A DNA stretch of 64,000 nucleotides, taken from contig NW_018480005.1 of the NCBI RefSeq assembly GCF_002113885.1, positions 157,299 to 221,298 of the forward strand, in the 5' to 3' direction. Made by a program: the position numbers and the translations under genes. Shown piece after piece: positions 50,854 to 63,385 of the stretch. The stretch is from Mizuhopecten yessoensis (taxonomy: Eukaryota). The notes below the pieces were generated by a model. The model saw only the letters and a program-made list of their open reading frames with translations, was not told where the DNA came from and ran no database searches. Positions within the stretch are counted from its first letter, which is position 1, and every line of letters begins with the position of its first letter.

Positions 50854-52432
50854 ATGGCAACACCCATAGGTCAAATCCCTCTCCGTACTTGTACTGAACA
50901 TAAGGGGAGACCATTGGAACTTTACTGTGAAAAATGTGATACACTTGTTTGTCTTAAATGTCTGTTATCTACTCACAAAGGCCATGACGTTTGTGAATTC
51001 ATCAAAATTACTCCTACAAAGAAACAAGACATTCAAAACTTTATTGACAGAACTGAACAAAATGACCTAACGTATGGAATATATCACATCTACTGACACA
51101 CTACTTAAAGACAACACCAGCAATTTTGAGAAACTTTCACACAAGCTGAAAATGCAAACAGACAAATTAAAACAAGACCTCCACTTGCTTACAGCACAGA
51201 CACTCTCTCTTTTTCATAAAACGGAGGAGGATAATACCAAACTAATACAAAAATACAAACAGGACCTTGAAATGTACGACAAGCAACTCAGACAGCAAAT
51301 TCAAGAATGCAAAGCAGCACTCCAGCAAGGTTCTCACATAGAAATCTACGACAAAGGATGTGAAATTCATTCCCAAATAAGTTTCCCTGTAAAATCTGTC
51401 CTGGGTACTGCCAGTTTCACTCCAAACAAAAATCCTCAACATCACCTAGAACTGGCCTTTGGGAAAATTACTGCGTTATATCAAGGTCAAGCTTCAACTG
51501 ACCAGGACGGGTCAGTCAGAACATCTGGTGGTCAGAAACCATCCTCTACATCACAACAGTCAGAACCAAAAGGAAAGAAGGCAGTGACTATGTACAAACT
51601 ACTGCCACAGACCAAAGTGTTGGAGGAGTGGGAGTCTCCCGTTGGTATTGATTCCATATGCCCCACCATTGATGGTCAGGTGTGGACCAGTGTGTGTTAC
51701 AGTAAAACATTAACTCTCCTGGACAGGAGGGGGAAAGTAATACAAGAGGTCAAACACAAAACTAAAATCAACAACCTAAGTATGTCACCAACATCACAAA
51801 CATTGTGGGTCTGTGATACAGAAAACAACATCATGGAGCTGGTATCAGGACAACTGTCACACAGATTCAGCACCAAGGAGAGACCCATGTGTACCTGTGT
51901 TACTGCCAGTAACTATGTCATTGTGGGGATGACCAACAACATCTCCAAATTTACCACACAAGGTCAAATGGTACTGACTAGAAGTTCTACAGGGATTGGG
52001 AAGCCATTAGTGTGTTCACCATGGAGGATCTCAGAGTGTCCTGTCACTCACAATATCGCAGTGGTTGATAGGAATTATAAGGGTGATGGTGGTAATTGGA
52101 TAAAACATGTTATTGTTATGGACACTGATTTCAAGGAACTGTTTGTATATAGAGGTGACATCCCCAGAACATACAAACAATCATCACATAAAGGAGCTGA
52201 ACCATTCAACCCCAGGAGTGTGGTGTATGACAGTGTGGGAAACATTAGCATAGGGAACTTAAACAACAACAGACTCCTACTCATCAGTGGACGTTGGGAG
52301 TTCCTCAGGATCATACACACAGACGCAAACTGTGCATGGGCTGTAGGTGTAGACAGGGAGGATGTCCTGTGGGCAGAGTTTGGTTTGAGGAATGTTAAAC
52401 TACTACAGTACAACAGTGTGCGACTCCTGTGA
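50854..52432 (+). pseudogene. TRIM-like B-box / coiled-coil / NHL-type beta-propeller gene with one frameshift (pseudogene or assembly error)
   Basis: ATG at 50854: MATPIGQIPLRTCTEHKGRPLELYCEKCDTLVCLKCLLSTHKGH (B-box). The frame changes near 51070, then a coiled coil and propeller repeats follow (FNPRSVVYDSVGNI, WAVGVDREDVLW). Intronless. Confidence 0.85.
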
Positions 52433-53146
52433 CAATACTGTAAAGCTAGTAGGTATAGTTATCATGACAACAGAGAATCAGACCACAAACTGACCACAAT
52501 AAACAACCAGGCAACATTCTACCCTGATTGTACGTCATCATAATCACTTGAGAAAATCTTTTCAACATTCTAGTGATTTTTTTGTTATTATGATCATCAG
52601 AGAAAAAATAGTCGACATTCTAGTGTGATTAATAATTCATTCTCATGAAAGTCTGTGTGGGGAACAATTTTGTTAAAGCAAACTATATTTGTTACTAAAT
52701 CACTGAAATGAACTAATGTATCTATATATGGTCTACAGTCTATAGTGTGAGACATCCAGATTAACTGTAACACTTTTATATAGAAATATAAAAACAACCT
52801 CTAAATCACTGGCTGGAAAGTGGGACAAACAGATAAGTTGTGGCTGAATAATGGGACAAACAGATAAGTTGTGGCTTGAAAATGGGTCAATCAGATAAGT
52901 TGTGGCTGGAAAGTCGTGACTTTGACCTTGAAAATGTCCAAAATCTAAAAAGTCTAGAAGTTGATGTTACTCCATAGTGTATGATATATCTTGTACATAA
53001 CCTTTTTACCTAACCATAATCTTCTTACCAAACCTCGGTCGTGTCCTCTGATAAATAAGTAGCTTTAAAATTGTGTCAATGGTTATCTGAACGACCAATC
53101 TTCTATATTTAAGATATATCCTGTAATGTTTGGATAATTGGCTCTC

Positions 53147-53302
53147 TACTGTAGTAGATAACCAACTTAAGTTTTTGTGACCTTACATATGTACTTATCA
53201 GCCAATATTCGTACTTGCTTGGTACTGTAGTAGATAACCAACTTAAGTTTTTGTGAACTTACATATGTACTTATCAGCCAATATTCGTACTTGCTTGGTA
53301 CT
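53147..53302. repeat. 76-bp tandem duplication (2 copies)
   Basis: TACTGTAGTAGATAACCAACTTAAG... at 53147 and 53223. Confidence 0.9.
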
Positions 53303-53877
53303 TATTTGACCTTTGACCTAGAAATTAAGGTCACAGTGACCTATATGTGGAGGATATTTAATTGTTTCCCACTGAATACAATACATATTTTACGAGAATG
53401 GCACAATACCGATATTTTTCACAGGTGGAAAGCACAAGTGAAAATATCGGTATAGTGTCATACAAGTGAAATATATGTGGTATTTCAACGGTAAAACTTG
53501 TTAATTTTCTATATATAACATTTTTTTTAAATAAAATGATGAAAAGATAACTGTGACCCGAAAACGTGCGGAAAAGAGTAGCGTAATATTTGATGCCAGG
53601 TTCTAACGACGTCATGCTTGACAACAATTAACATACGGAGCGCTATGTTGCTCAACAGAATTCTAGCTTGAAAATTGAGAACCATGAAAATAACTGGATA
53701 TATGGTATATTTGTAAAGAAAAAATACATTTTCCCTGAAACAATGTAATATTATCATTTTGAATTAGTGTATAACGTTTAAGGGACACATATTTATATAT
53801 CATTGTAGTAGTAGATATATGTTGCATTATAATGTTGTAATGTATTTTTAAGATTTTTTGTAAATATGTTTTATTAC

Positions 53878-54811
53878 TAAGTGTATTGGACTGTCACAGT
53901 AAATAAACTACCTTTTTAAGTGTATTAGACTGTCACAGAAAATATACTACATTTATAAGTGTATTATACTGTCACAGTAAATATAGTACATTTATAAGTG
54001 TATTACACTGTCACAGTAAATACACTACGTTTATAAGTGTATTACACTGTCACAGTAAATATACCACATTTATAAGTGTAGGACACTGTCACAGTAAATA
54101 TACTACATTTATAAGTTTATTACACTGTCACAGTAAATACACTACATTTATGAGGGAATTACACTGTCACAGTAAATATACCACATTTATGAGTGTAGGA
54201 CACTGTCACAGTAAATATACTACATTTATAAGTCTATTACACTGTCACAGTAAATATACTACATTTATAAGTTTATTACACTGTCACAGTAAATATACCA
54301 CATTTATAAGTGTAGGACACTGTCACAGTAAATATACTACATTTATAAGTCTATTACACTGTCACAGTAAATATACTACATTTATAAGTGTATTACACTG
54401 TCACAGTAAATATACCACATTTATAAGTGTAGGACACTGTCACAGTAAATATACTACATTTATAAGTGTATTACACTGTCACAGTAAATATACTACATTT
54501 ATAAGTGTATAACACGGTCACAGTAAATATACTACATTTATAAGTGTATTACACTGTCACAATAAATATACTACATTTATGAGTGTATTACACTGTCACA
54601 GTAAATATACTACATTTAAAAGTGTATTACACTGTCACAGAAAATAAACTACATTTATGAGTGTATTACACTGTCACAGTAAATATAGTACATTTATGAG
54701 TGTATTACACTGTCACAGTAAATACACTACATTTATGAGTGTATTACACTGTCACAGTAAATATACCACATTTATGAGTGTATTACACTGTCACAGTAAA
54801 TATACCACATT
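53878..54811. repeat. 39-bp minisatellite (~24 units)
   Basis: ACACTGTCACAGTAAATATACTACATTTATAAGTGTATT, containing the inverted repeat ACTGT-C-ACAGT. Confidence 0.97.
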
Positions 54812-54987
54812 GCATGATCGTAAGAGGCGACTCAATTTTGGATCTATCTTTTCTCTTCTTTCTAAACAACTTTCTTCTTCCTAATGTCTCCATTGACAAT
54901 GCCTCACTTTTGGCCTTTAGTTGAGCATTCGCCCCGGTGAAGAAGGCTTTGGGTTCTGTCCCCTGGCCGAGACATACCAGAATTTGT

Positions 54988-56296
54988 AACAAGAGGCCCA
55001 ATGGGCCTGCATCGCTCACCTGGTATAAATCTCACACTTGTAACCTTAAAAGTGATCTATAATAAAGCTACAGGCAAAATAAAATATCAGTATTTATGAT
55101 TAAAATTCATTCAAAAGAACCTGTTATTTTTTTTTTTTTTAAACATTTCACCCCTGTGATTGAAAGTCTAACAAAGTCATTATGTTGAACAAATTTTATA
55201 GCCTTTCATCTCAGGATGCAACTTGCTAAGTATCAACATCCTGGGACCCATGGTTATTCAGAAGATGTCGTTTAAAGATTTAAACATATTTGACCCCTGT
55301 GACCTTGAATATAAGTCAAAGTCATTCACTTTAACAAACATAGTAGTCCTTGATCCCAGCATGCTACTGACTAAATATCAACATCCTGAGCCTTTTGGTT
55401 ATTCAGAACAAGATGTGGAAATATTTTAAACATATTTGCTCCTTATGACCTTGAATATGATTCAAGGTCATACATTTAAACAAACTTGGTAGCCCTTGAT
55501 CCTAGTATNNNNNNNNNNNNNNNNNNNNNNNNNNNNNNNNNNNNNNNNNNNNNNNNNNNNNNNNNNNNNNNNNNNNNNNNNNNNNNNNNNNNNNNNNNNN
55601 NNNNNNNNNNNNNNNNNNNNNNNNNNNNNNNNNNNNNNNNNNNNNNNNNNNNNNNNNNNNNNNNNNNNNNNNNNNNNNNNNNNNNNNNNNNNNNNNNNNN
55701 NNNNNNNNNNNNNNNNNNNNNNNNNNNNNNNNNNNNNNNNNNNNNNNNNNNNNNNNNNNNNNNNNNNNNNNNNNNNNNNNNNNNNNNNNNNNNNNNNNNN
55801 NNNNNNNNNNNNNNNNNNNNNNNNNNNNNNNNNNNNNNNNNNNNNNNNNNNNNNNNNNNNNNNNNNNNNNNNNNNNNNNNNNNNNNNNNNNNNNNNNAAG
55901 GTCATTCATTTGAACAAACTTTGTAGCCCTTCATCTCAGCATGCTACTGGCCAAATATCATCACCCTGGGCATTTTGGTTATTGAGAAGAAGTTGTTTAA
56001 AGGTTTTTTAAGACAATTGACCCCTGTGACCTTGAATATAATTGAAGGTCATTCATTTGAATAAACTTGGTAGCCCTTCACCCAAGCATGCTACTGTCCA
56101 AATAACACCTCCCTGGACAGTTTGGTTATCGAGAAGAAGATGTGTAAAGTTTTTAACATATTTGACCCCTGTGACCTTGAAAATGGGTGAAGGTCATTAA
56201 TTTTAACAAACTTTGTTGCCCTTCATCCCAGTTTGCTTCTGGCCAAATATCATCACCCTAGGCCTTTTGGTTACTTCGTGCCAGGTGAGCTAAAAA
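54988..56296 (-). mobile_element. Helentron-type element with internal satellite, spanning an N gap
   Basis: AACAAGAGGCCCAATGGGCCTGCATCGCTCACCTGG ... GCCAGGTGAGCTAAAAA; TGACCCCTGTGACCTTGAA repeats. Confidence 0.85.
55509..55897. other. Assembly gap (N run)
   Basis: Run of N. Confidence 1.
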
Positions 56297-56865
56297 TGGT
56301 AGTTTCTACTCCTGCTTAACGCTCAGCAATTTAGGAGTGGGACAAGTGGTTCGCCCGTTGCCAGTATAATGTGACATGGTGGGGTGTCCTGTTGGGTGTT
56401 TTCGGCAGTATGTTTCAGTAAGGTAGCACTATAAAGTCGGCATCAGTTCCGTGCTACAAGGAGACAAACATGAACATATTGCAGCCTCCTAAAACACACA
56501 CATACACTACACGCATGCATCTTGCATACAGGGGAAGCCGTCCTTAAATGACCATGTCTGTTAATAGGACGTTAAACAATACTAAATCAAACCAAACCAA
56601 ACTAATCTTGTTTTCTTATAAAAACAGCATAACTTCATATCTAATAATACAAAAAAAAGGGACTACTAACCTAAAAAGTTACATTGACCGTGATTTTCAT
56701 CACTGTGAATATACCCTTTTCAGATCCATACAACCAAATATTCACAAAAGTCCACCATTGATGTAGATTTGTTATACAATGAATCCTGATTTTATTGATA
56801 TTTTGTCGGAACAGAGTGTTGTTAAAGGCATAAGTAATGACCAAAAAACAGTCATACATTTAGGT

Positions 56866-57555
56866 TTAACAGGATGTCCTTATTGTCAGGTGTCAGTAAA
56901 GTCAGGTATTACAGGATGTTGTTATTGTCAGGTGTCAGTAAAGTCAGGTATTACAGGATGTTGTTATTGTCAGGTGTCAGTAAAGTCAGGTATAACAGGA
57001 TGCTGTTATTGTCAAGTGTCAGTAAAGTCAGGTATTACAGGATGTTGTTATTGTCAGGTGTCGGTAAAGTCAGGTATTACATAATGTTGTTATTGTCAGG
57101 TGTCAGTAAAGTCAGGTATAACAGGATGTTGTTATTGTCATGTGTCAGTAAAGTCAGGTATAACAGGATGTCATTATTGTCAGGTGTCGGTAAAGTCAGG
57201 TATAACAGGATGATCTTTTGTCAGGTGTCAATAAAATCAGGTATAAGAAGATGTTGATATTGTCAGGTGTCAGTAAAATCAGGTATAACAGAATGTCCTT
57301 ATTGTCAGGTATTACAGGATGTCCTTATTGTCAGATGTCAGTAAAGTCAGGTAATACAGGATGTCCTTATTGTCAGATATCAGTAAAGTCAGGTAATACA
57401 GGATGTCCTTAATGTCAGGTATTACAGGATGTCCTTATTGTCAGATGTCAGTAAAGTCAGGTAATACAGGATGTCCTTATTGTCAGATATCAATAAAGTC
57501 AGGTAATACAGGATGTCCTTATTGTCAGTTGTCAGTAAAGTCAGGTTTTACTGTA
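56866..57555. repeat. 42-bp minisatellite ending in a MITE-type terminus
   Basis: TATTGTCAGGTGTCAGTAAAGTCAGGTATTACAGGATGTTGT at 56881, 56923...; ends CAGGTTTTACTGTA. Confidence 0.95.
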
Positions 57556-58697
57556 TATACTGTATAACATGAAATGTTCGTGTACTTTCTTTCGTGGTTT
57601 AGAACTCTTAAACCATAGCTCGTCCAACGAAATGTATTAATTTTCATTGTTAGCCAGGTACAACAAAATATATCCACCATTCCGAGAAACATTTGTTCAA
57701 TATTGGAACACATGTGCGGTATGTTTTAAAATGACAAAGAGTCACACTAACCATACTTCTCTGTACAAGCCAAACAATGACAATAATTATCACACTTTGT
57801 CGCTGACCTGTTCTCGCCATTTCCCGTATATGGAAGGGGATCACCGCCATAATTTTTTTTTTTAATAAAATTAGTTAATGCTGGTTTGGAATCTAATTCT
57901 ATGTATTTGTGTTATTTCCCTAGTTGATACGTCTTTTTACATTTGTGTTGTGCACTCATTTGCAAATCTATTGCATGCTCATTCCATGCTATGCTAGTTT
58001 TACCGATCGCGATTTCGTGTTAGCTTAATTGTAATGTTCAATCCATTCCAGACTTACGTGATGTATATAACCATTAAATTCTATCGGTTGTTTTGAACTT
58101 TTTATTCAGAACTAGCTAGCTAGTCACTAGTAAACTAGTAACCCAGTACATGAAATACGAGAGGTTTCCTCATTATGACGACTCCTCAACCACATCGAGT
58201 TCGACGTACTGACGCAATGTCGTTACCGTAAAAACCCATGTAATTTGCGCAGGTACTTTTTGAGGCTGAAAATCTGGAAAAAAGCTTCTACTCGAATATT
58301 TTGCGCACCCAAAAAATCTGGAAAAACCCCGATGTTCATGCTCCGAAAATCGATCTCTGAATAAAAAAAAAATAAATATATTTCTATGATTTTTTTTTCA
58401 TTGATGTAAAATGATATTTAAAACCAAGAAGAAACTACGTAAAATGTGTATTTTGTTGCTGGTTTTCTTTGAATTATCTGATCACACATGACACACACGT
58501 GTGCACATATCGGCATACATCTATTCATTTTAGCAATATTTTACATAAAACATTTACTTGCTTACAAAAACATATCAATTAATAAGTAATTTGATGTTTA
58601 GTAACCGCTGGTGCATATCTCCTGGTGACTATTGTGTTTTTAAAGGTTTTTATATTTATTACTGCATAAATTAAATATCACACATTAAAAAAAAGTG

Positions 58698-59343
58698 AAA
58701 CAAGAGGCCCAATTTGCCTGCATCGCTCACCTGGTATAAATCTCACACTTGTAATCTTAAAAGTGATCTAAAATAAAGCTACAGGCAAAATATCAGTATT
58801 TATGATTAAAATTCATTCAAAAGAACCTGTTATTTTTTTTAAAAACATTTTACCCGTGATTGAAAGTCGAACAAAGCCATTATGTTGAACAAATTTTATA
58901 GCCTTTCATCTCAGGATGCAAACTTGCTAAGTATCAACATCCTGGGACCCATGGTTATTCAGAAGAGGTCGTTTAAAGATTTTAAACTAATTTCACCCCT
59001 GTGACCTTGAATATAAGTCAAAGTCATTCACTTTAACAAACATAGTAGTCCTTGATCCCAGCATGCTACTGACTAAATATCAACATCCTGAGCCTTTTGG
59101 TTATTCAGAACAAGTTGTTTAAATATTTTGAACATATTTGCTCATTGTGACCTTGAATATGATTCAAGGTCATACATTTAAACAAACTTGGTAGTCCTTG
59201 ATCCTAGTATGCTACTGGCTAAATATCATCACCCTGGGCATTTTGGTTATTCAGAAGAAGTTGTTTAAAGTTTTTAACATATTTGACCCCTGTGACCTTG
59301 AAAATGGGTGAAGGTCATTTTAACTTCGTGCCAGGTGAGCTAA
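58698..59343 (-). mobile_element. Helentron-type element, close sister of 54988-56296
   Basis: The first ~500 bp are nearly identical to 54988-55508; same ACTTCGTGCCAGGTGAGCTAA end. Confidence 0.88.
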
Positions 59344-59677
59344 ACAAGAGGCCCAGAGGGCCTGTATCGCTCACCTAAATATAAATAAAGTAATTGGTAT
59401 GAAGTAAAGATATAGCACTCCATGGTAGGTGCTGTTAGTACATATGAAATTTCAGAAAGATCCATCCAGTACTTGAGATATAGAGAACAAACTTCAATCA
59501 GAGCCCCACCCCTATGCCCCTACGGGGGTCATACCCACCAATTATACAAAATTGAGTCACCGTCACCCAAGGATGCTCTACACTAAATAAGGATAAAATC
59601 CCTTAATCCCGATGGTCGGAGAAGGATTTTAAAGGTTTTACCTCTATTTTTCTATTGGGCCCCGCCCTACTGCCCCC

Positions 59678-59777
59678 NNNNNNNNNNNNNNNNNNNNNNN
59701 NNNNNNNNNNNNNNNNNNNNNNNNNNNNNNNNNNNNNNNNNNNNNNNNNNNNNNNNNNNNNNNNNNNNNNNNNNNNN
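59678..59777. other. Assembly gap (100 N)
   Basis: Run of exactly 100 N, probably a gap of unknown size. Confidence 1.
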
Positions 59778-60164
59778 TTTGATTTTGTTTAACGTCCTAT
59801 TAACAGCTAAGGTCATTTAAGGACGGCCTCCCCTGTGTGCAAGATGCATGCGTGTAGTGTATGTGTGTGTATTTTGGGAGGCTGCGATATGTTCGTGTTT
59901 GTCTTCTTGTAATAGCGCGGAACTGATGCCGACTTTATAGTGCTACCTCACTGAAACATACTGCCGAAGACACCCAGCAGGACGCCCCACCCGGTCACAT
60001 TATACTGACAACGGGCGAACCAGTCGTCCCACTCCTAATTTGCTGAGCGTTAAGCAGGAGTAGAAACTGCCATTTTTAAAGACTTTGGTATGTCTTGGCC
60101 AGGGGACAGAACCCAAAGCCTTCCTCATAGGGGCGAACGCTCAACAAATGGCCAAAAGTGAGGC
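59778..60164 (-). mobile_element. tRNA-derived SINE, near-intact copy
   Basis: Reverse complement of the split SINE at 54900-56600. Confidence 0.85.
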
Positions 60165-60919
60165 CAGATCCACGGTGTATACAAAATTGGTTCCCCTTCA
60201 CCCAAGAATCCTTTCATTCCTACAGAAGAATTAGGATTTTAAAGAATTTGCTATATTTCCCCTATTGGGCCCCGCCCTTAAGCCCCCAGACCCACCATTT
60301 ATACAAACTTTGTTCCCCTTCGCCCAAGGATGCTTCTGACCAAATCCTTTCATTCCTACAGAAGAAGAGGGATTTTAAAGAATAATTTGCTATGTTTCCC
60401 CTATTGGGCCCCGCCCCTCAGGCCCCTGGTGAGCCAGACCCATGGTTTATACAAAATTTGTTCCCAACTACCCAAGGATGTTCCACACTAAATATGGACC
60501 AAATCCTTTCATTCCTACAGGAGAAGAAGGATTTTAAAGAATTTGCTATATTTCCCCTTTTGGGCCCCGCCCCTCAGCCCCCAGGGGGGCGAGACCCTCC
60601 ATTTATAAAAACTTTGTTCCCCTTCCCCCAAGGATGCTTCTGACCAAATATGGACCAAATCCGTTCATTCCTACAGAAGAAGAAGGATTTTAAAGAATAA
60701 TTTGCTTTATTTCCCCTATTTGGCCCCGCCCCTCAGGCCCCTGGGGGGGCCAGACCCACCATTTATACAAAATTGGTTCTTCTTCACCCAAGGCTGCTCC
60801 ACACCAAATTTTGTTAAAATCTGCTCAGTGGTTCATGACTAGTAGTGTAAAGTTGACGGACGATGGACGCTGCGGTATGGCATAAGCTCACCTTGGTCCT
60901 TCGGACCAGGTGAGCTAAA

Positions 60920-62006
60920 AACAAGTAAAAGGAAATGTATCATAAGATAATGTATTCATACATCTATATATATGTATGTCATACCCCCTATGACAATCTG
61001 ACCCCACCACCACCCCTAGCCAGAGTTTCCTCTGGCCCCGACACCAGACTGAGACATTTTGACAGATAGATGTCTGTTTAACCCACATTGACCTTTGACT
61101 TCCCACTTGCACTTAAAGTTGACCTTTGACCTTATGACTGTAATTGAGAAAACAATTCACACAGTTGGTCTACATAACATATCCAAGTATCATGACTCTA
61201 GTCCAAGTGGTTTTTAGGATATTGTTGCTTGAAATTTTTAACATATTTGACCCATGAAAGTAGCTCAAGGTCATTTTAATGGGGACACTTTATAGCACTC
61301 CATCCTAGGTACTTACTGGCCAAATATCATGACCCTGGGCCTTATTGGACTTGAGAAGAATTTTTTTAAAGCTTTTAACCAAAGTTGACAATTGATCCCC
61401 GACTAGCACTTCAAGTTGACCTTTGACCTCATTACTGTAATCGAGAAAAGATTTGCACTGCTAGTTTACATAACACACATAAGTATCATGACTCTTGTCC
61501 AAATGGTTCTCTGGATTATGTCGTTGAAGTTTTTAACATATTTGACCCCTGTGACCTTGAAAGCAGGTCAATGTCATTTTAATGAGGAAACTTTATAGCA
61601 CTCCATCCCATGTACCTACTGGCCAAATATCATGACCCCAGGTCCTCCAGTTCTTCAGAAGAAGTCATTGAAAAGAAAATGTTGACAGACGATGCAGTAT
61701 GGCCTTCCATCTTGAGATTAAAACCATGTTTTCATATTTATTGTAATGAATTTTAAAGAACTTCTGGATAACTTTGAATCTTCCTCTTTACCTTCGATTA
61801 TATGCGCACAACCTGTCAACTTTTCGCTGTACCATCTGTCCTCATACTCAAGCTTAACAGTATCTCCACAATTTCGATGGAGGGTGCAATACTTATAGTC
61901 ATACTTTAGCTAAACAATATATTCACGATTAAGATGGAGGATCAAATACCCTCATGACAAATGTTGCAAATGTCATTTTTGTTGAACTTGGGCCAGATGA
62001 GCTAAA
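60920..62006 (-). mobile_element. Older, degraded Helentron-type element
   Basis: Two ~300-bp units (GTTGACCTTTGACC.. at ~61118 and ~61415), GACAGACG remnant at ~61685, terminal GGCCAGATGAGCTAAA at ~62000. Confidence 0.6.
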
Positions 62007-62702
62007 CATTCAATGTTTCAACAATTCAAAAGTGAAACGACAGACAAGCGCTAGCATTCTAGGTATTTATTTTTTTACCTTTTGCTGCAAGTTTGCAACC
62101 TTACTCCAATGCATTTAGAAGTTTCATCAGAAGTTCAGTTGTTTTCCTGTCCAGAGAAGCATTGCAAAGATTTTACATTTGACCCTTTGCCATTTTCTGT
62201 TCAACAAATAATCTTCTCTTCTCAAGTTCCATAAGGCCAAGGGTCATGATATTTGGCCAGTAAGTACCTGGGATCTTTTGTACGATTTGTGCTTCCACTA
62301 CCTTGCCATTTAACTTTATAATCTCCCATTAAATAATCTTCAGTAGTTCAGCAGACGGTTCTTCAGTCAATTTGACCTCGAGGTATATATATAATTACGC
62401 GACACATCTGAACAGGATACATATCTAGGATATTTTTAAAAACCAATATTGCTCAGTAGTTAAGTAGTAAAGAGACTGGACAAGCATTTAACACCTGATC
62501 AACAGGGACCAATTAACTACTAAGCTATTTAAGTGTGACGGATTAGCTTTTCTTATTGCGATCTTTCTGCAAGTACTTTCCCTTCGTCCATACAATGGTC
62601 TAGTTTCATCAATTATGAATTCAAATTATGGTTTTGTTCGTCTATCTTCTCTTTAACCCTATTTCCCTTATTGTTTTCTTAAACAGAAATCATGAGAACT
62701 AA

Positions 62703-63385
62703 AAACAAGAGTACCGCGGGGCCGAACAAAATACGCCCGTCTAATGCCATATAGTGTTATATACTTTCTTACATTGAAATAAGATCTGCATCATTCTAAG
62801 AGTGGTTAGCTGATATGCTATAAAAAATGTAGGAGAAAATCTTCGGACAAAAAATCAAATACCGAAATGAACAAAGGGCAGTAACTATTGCAAAAATTGT
62901 TGAATCAAAATTCTTTTAAGGGGGACACAAATTCATATCATGATCATAATGGATACCAAGTTTCAAAGAGATCGGTCGAAAAATGTAGGTGGAGTTTGCT
63001 GGACAAAAATCAAATACTGAAATAAACAAAGGGCAATAACTTTCGGAAAAATTGTCGAATCAAAATTCTTTTAAGGGGGACACAATTTCATATCATGATT
63101 ATAATGTATACCAAGTTTCAAAGAGATTGGTCGAAAAATGTAGGAGGAAATTGCTGGACAAAAATCAAATACTGAAATAAACAAAGGGCAATAACTTTTG
63201 AAAAAATGGTCGAATCAAAATTCTTTTAAGGGAGACACAACTTCATATCATGATTATAAAGTACCAAGTTTCAAAAAGATCGGTCGAAAAATGTAGGAGG
63301 AGATAGCCGGACAAACGAAGTTTACGCCGGACGGACGAACAACGCCATACCATAATACTCCCGTCAAATTTGACGGGTGTATAAT
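62703..63385 (-). mobile_element. Helentron-type element of a distinct family with ~3.5 x 155-bp repeats
   Basis: AACAAGAG...ATACGCCCGTC start, units at 63001 and 63156, GGAC microsatellite, hairpin TACTCCCGTCAAATTTGACGGGTGTA. Confidence 0.82.

Larger units (their letters stand above)
54900..56600 (+). mobile_element. tRNA-derived SINE (Meta-domain-like) split by a Helentron-type insertion
   Basis: 5' part ~54900-54987 and 3' part ~56292-56600 join to match the intact reverse copy at 59778-60164; (AAACC)n tail. Confidence 0.85.
59343..60921 (-). mobile_element. Helentron-type element (GGCCCCGCCCC-repeat family) containing a SINE and an N gap
   Basis: AACAAGAGGCCCAGAGGGCCTGTATCGCTCACC start abutting the previous element; ~150-bp GC-rich repeats; hairpin AGCTCACCTTGGTCCTTCGGACCAGGTGAGCT. 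Confidence 0.82.

Noticed and set aside
53878-54884. CRISPR-like array or His/Cys repeat protein (LHCHSKYTTFISV)n
   Set aside because: Head-to-tail 39-bp units with no unique spacers, no cas genes and a eukaryotic context; the ORF arises because the unit length is a multiple of 3.
55468-56011. Long ORFs of X residues
   Set aside because: Artefact of the N gap.
56779-57412. Metallothionein-like ORFs (GCCYCQVSVKSGIT)n
   Set aside because: Translation of a 42-bp minisatellite that is open in more than one frame; no gene structure.
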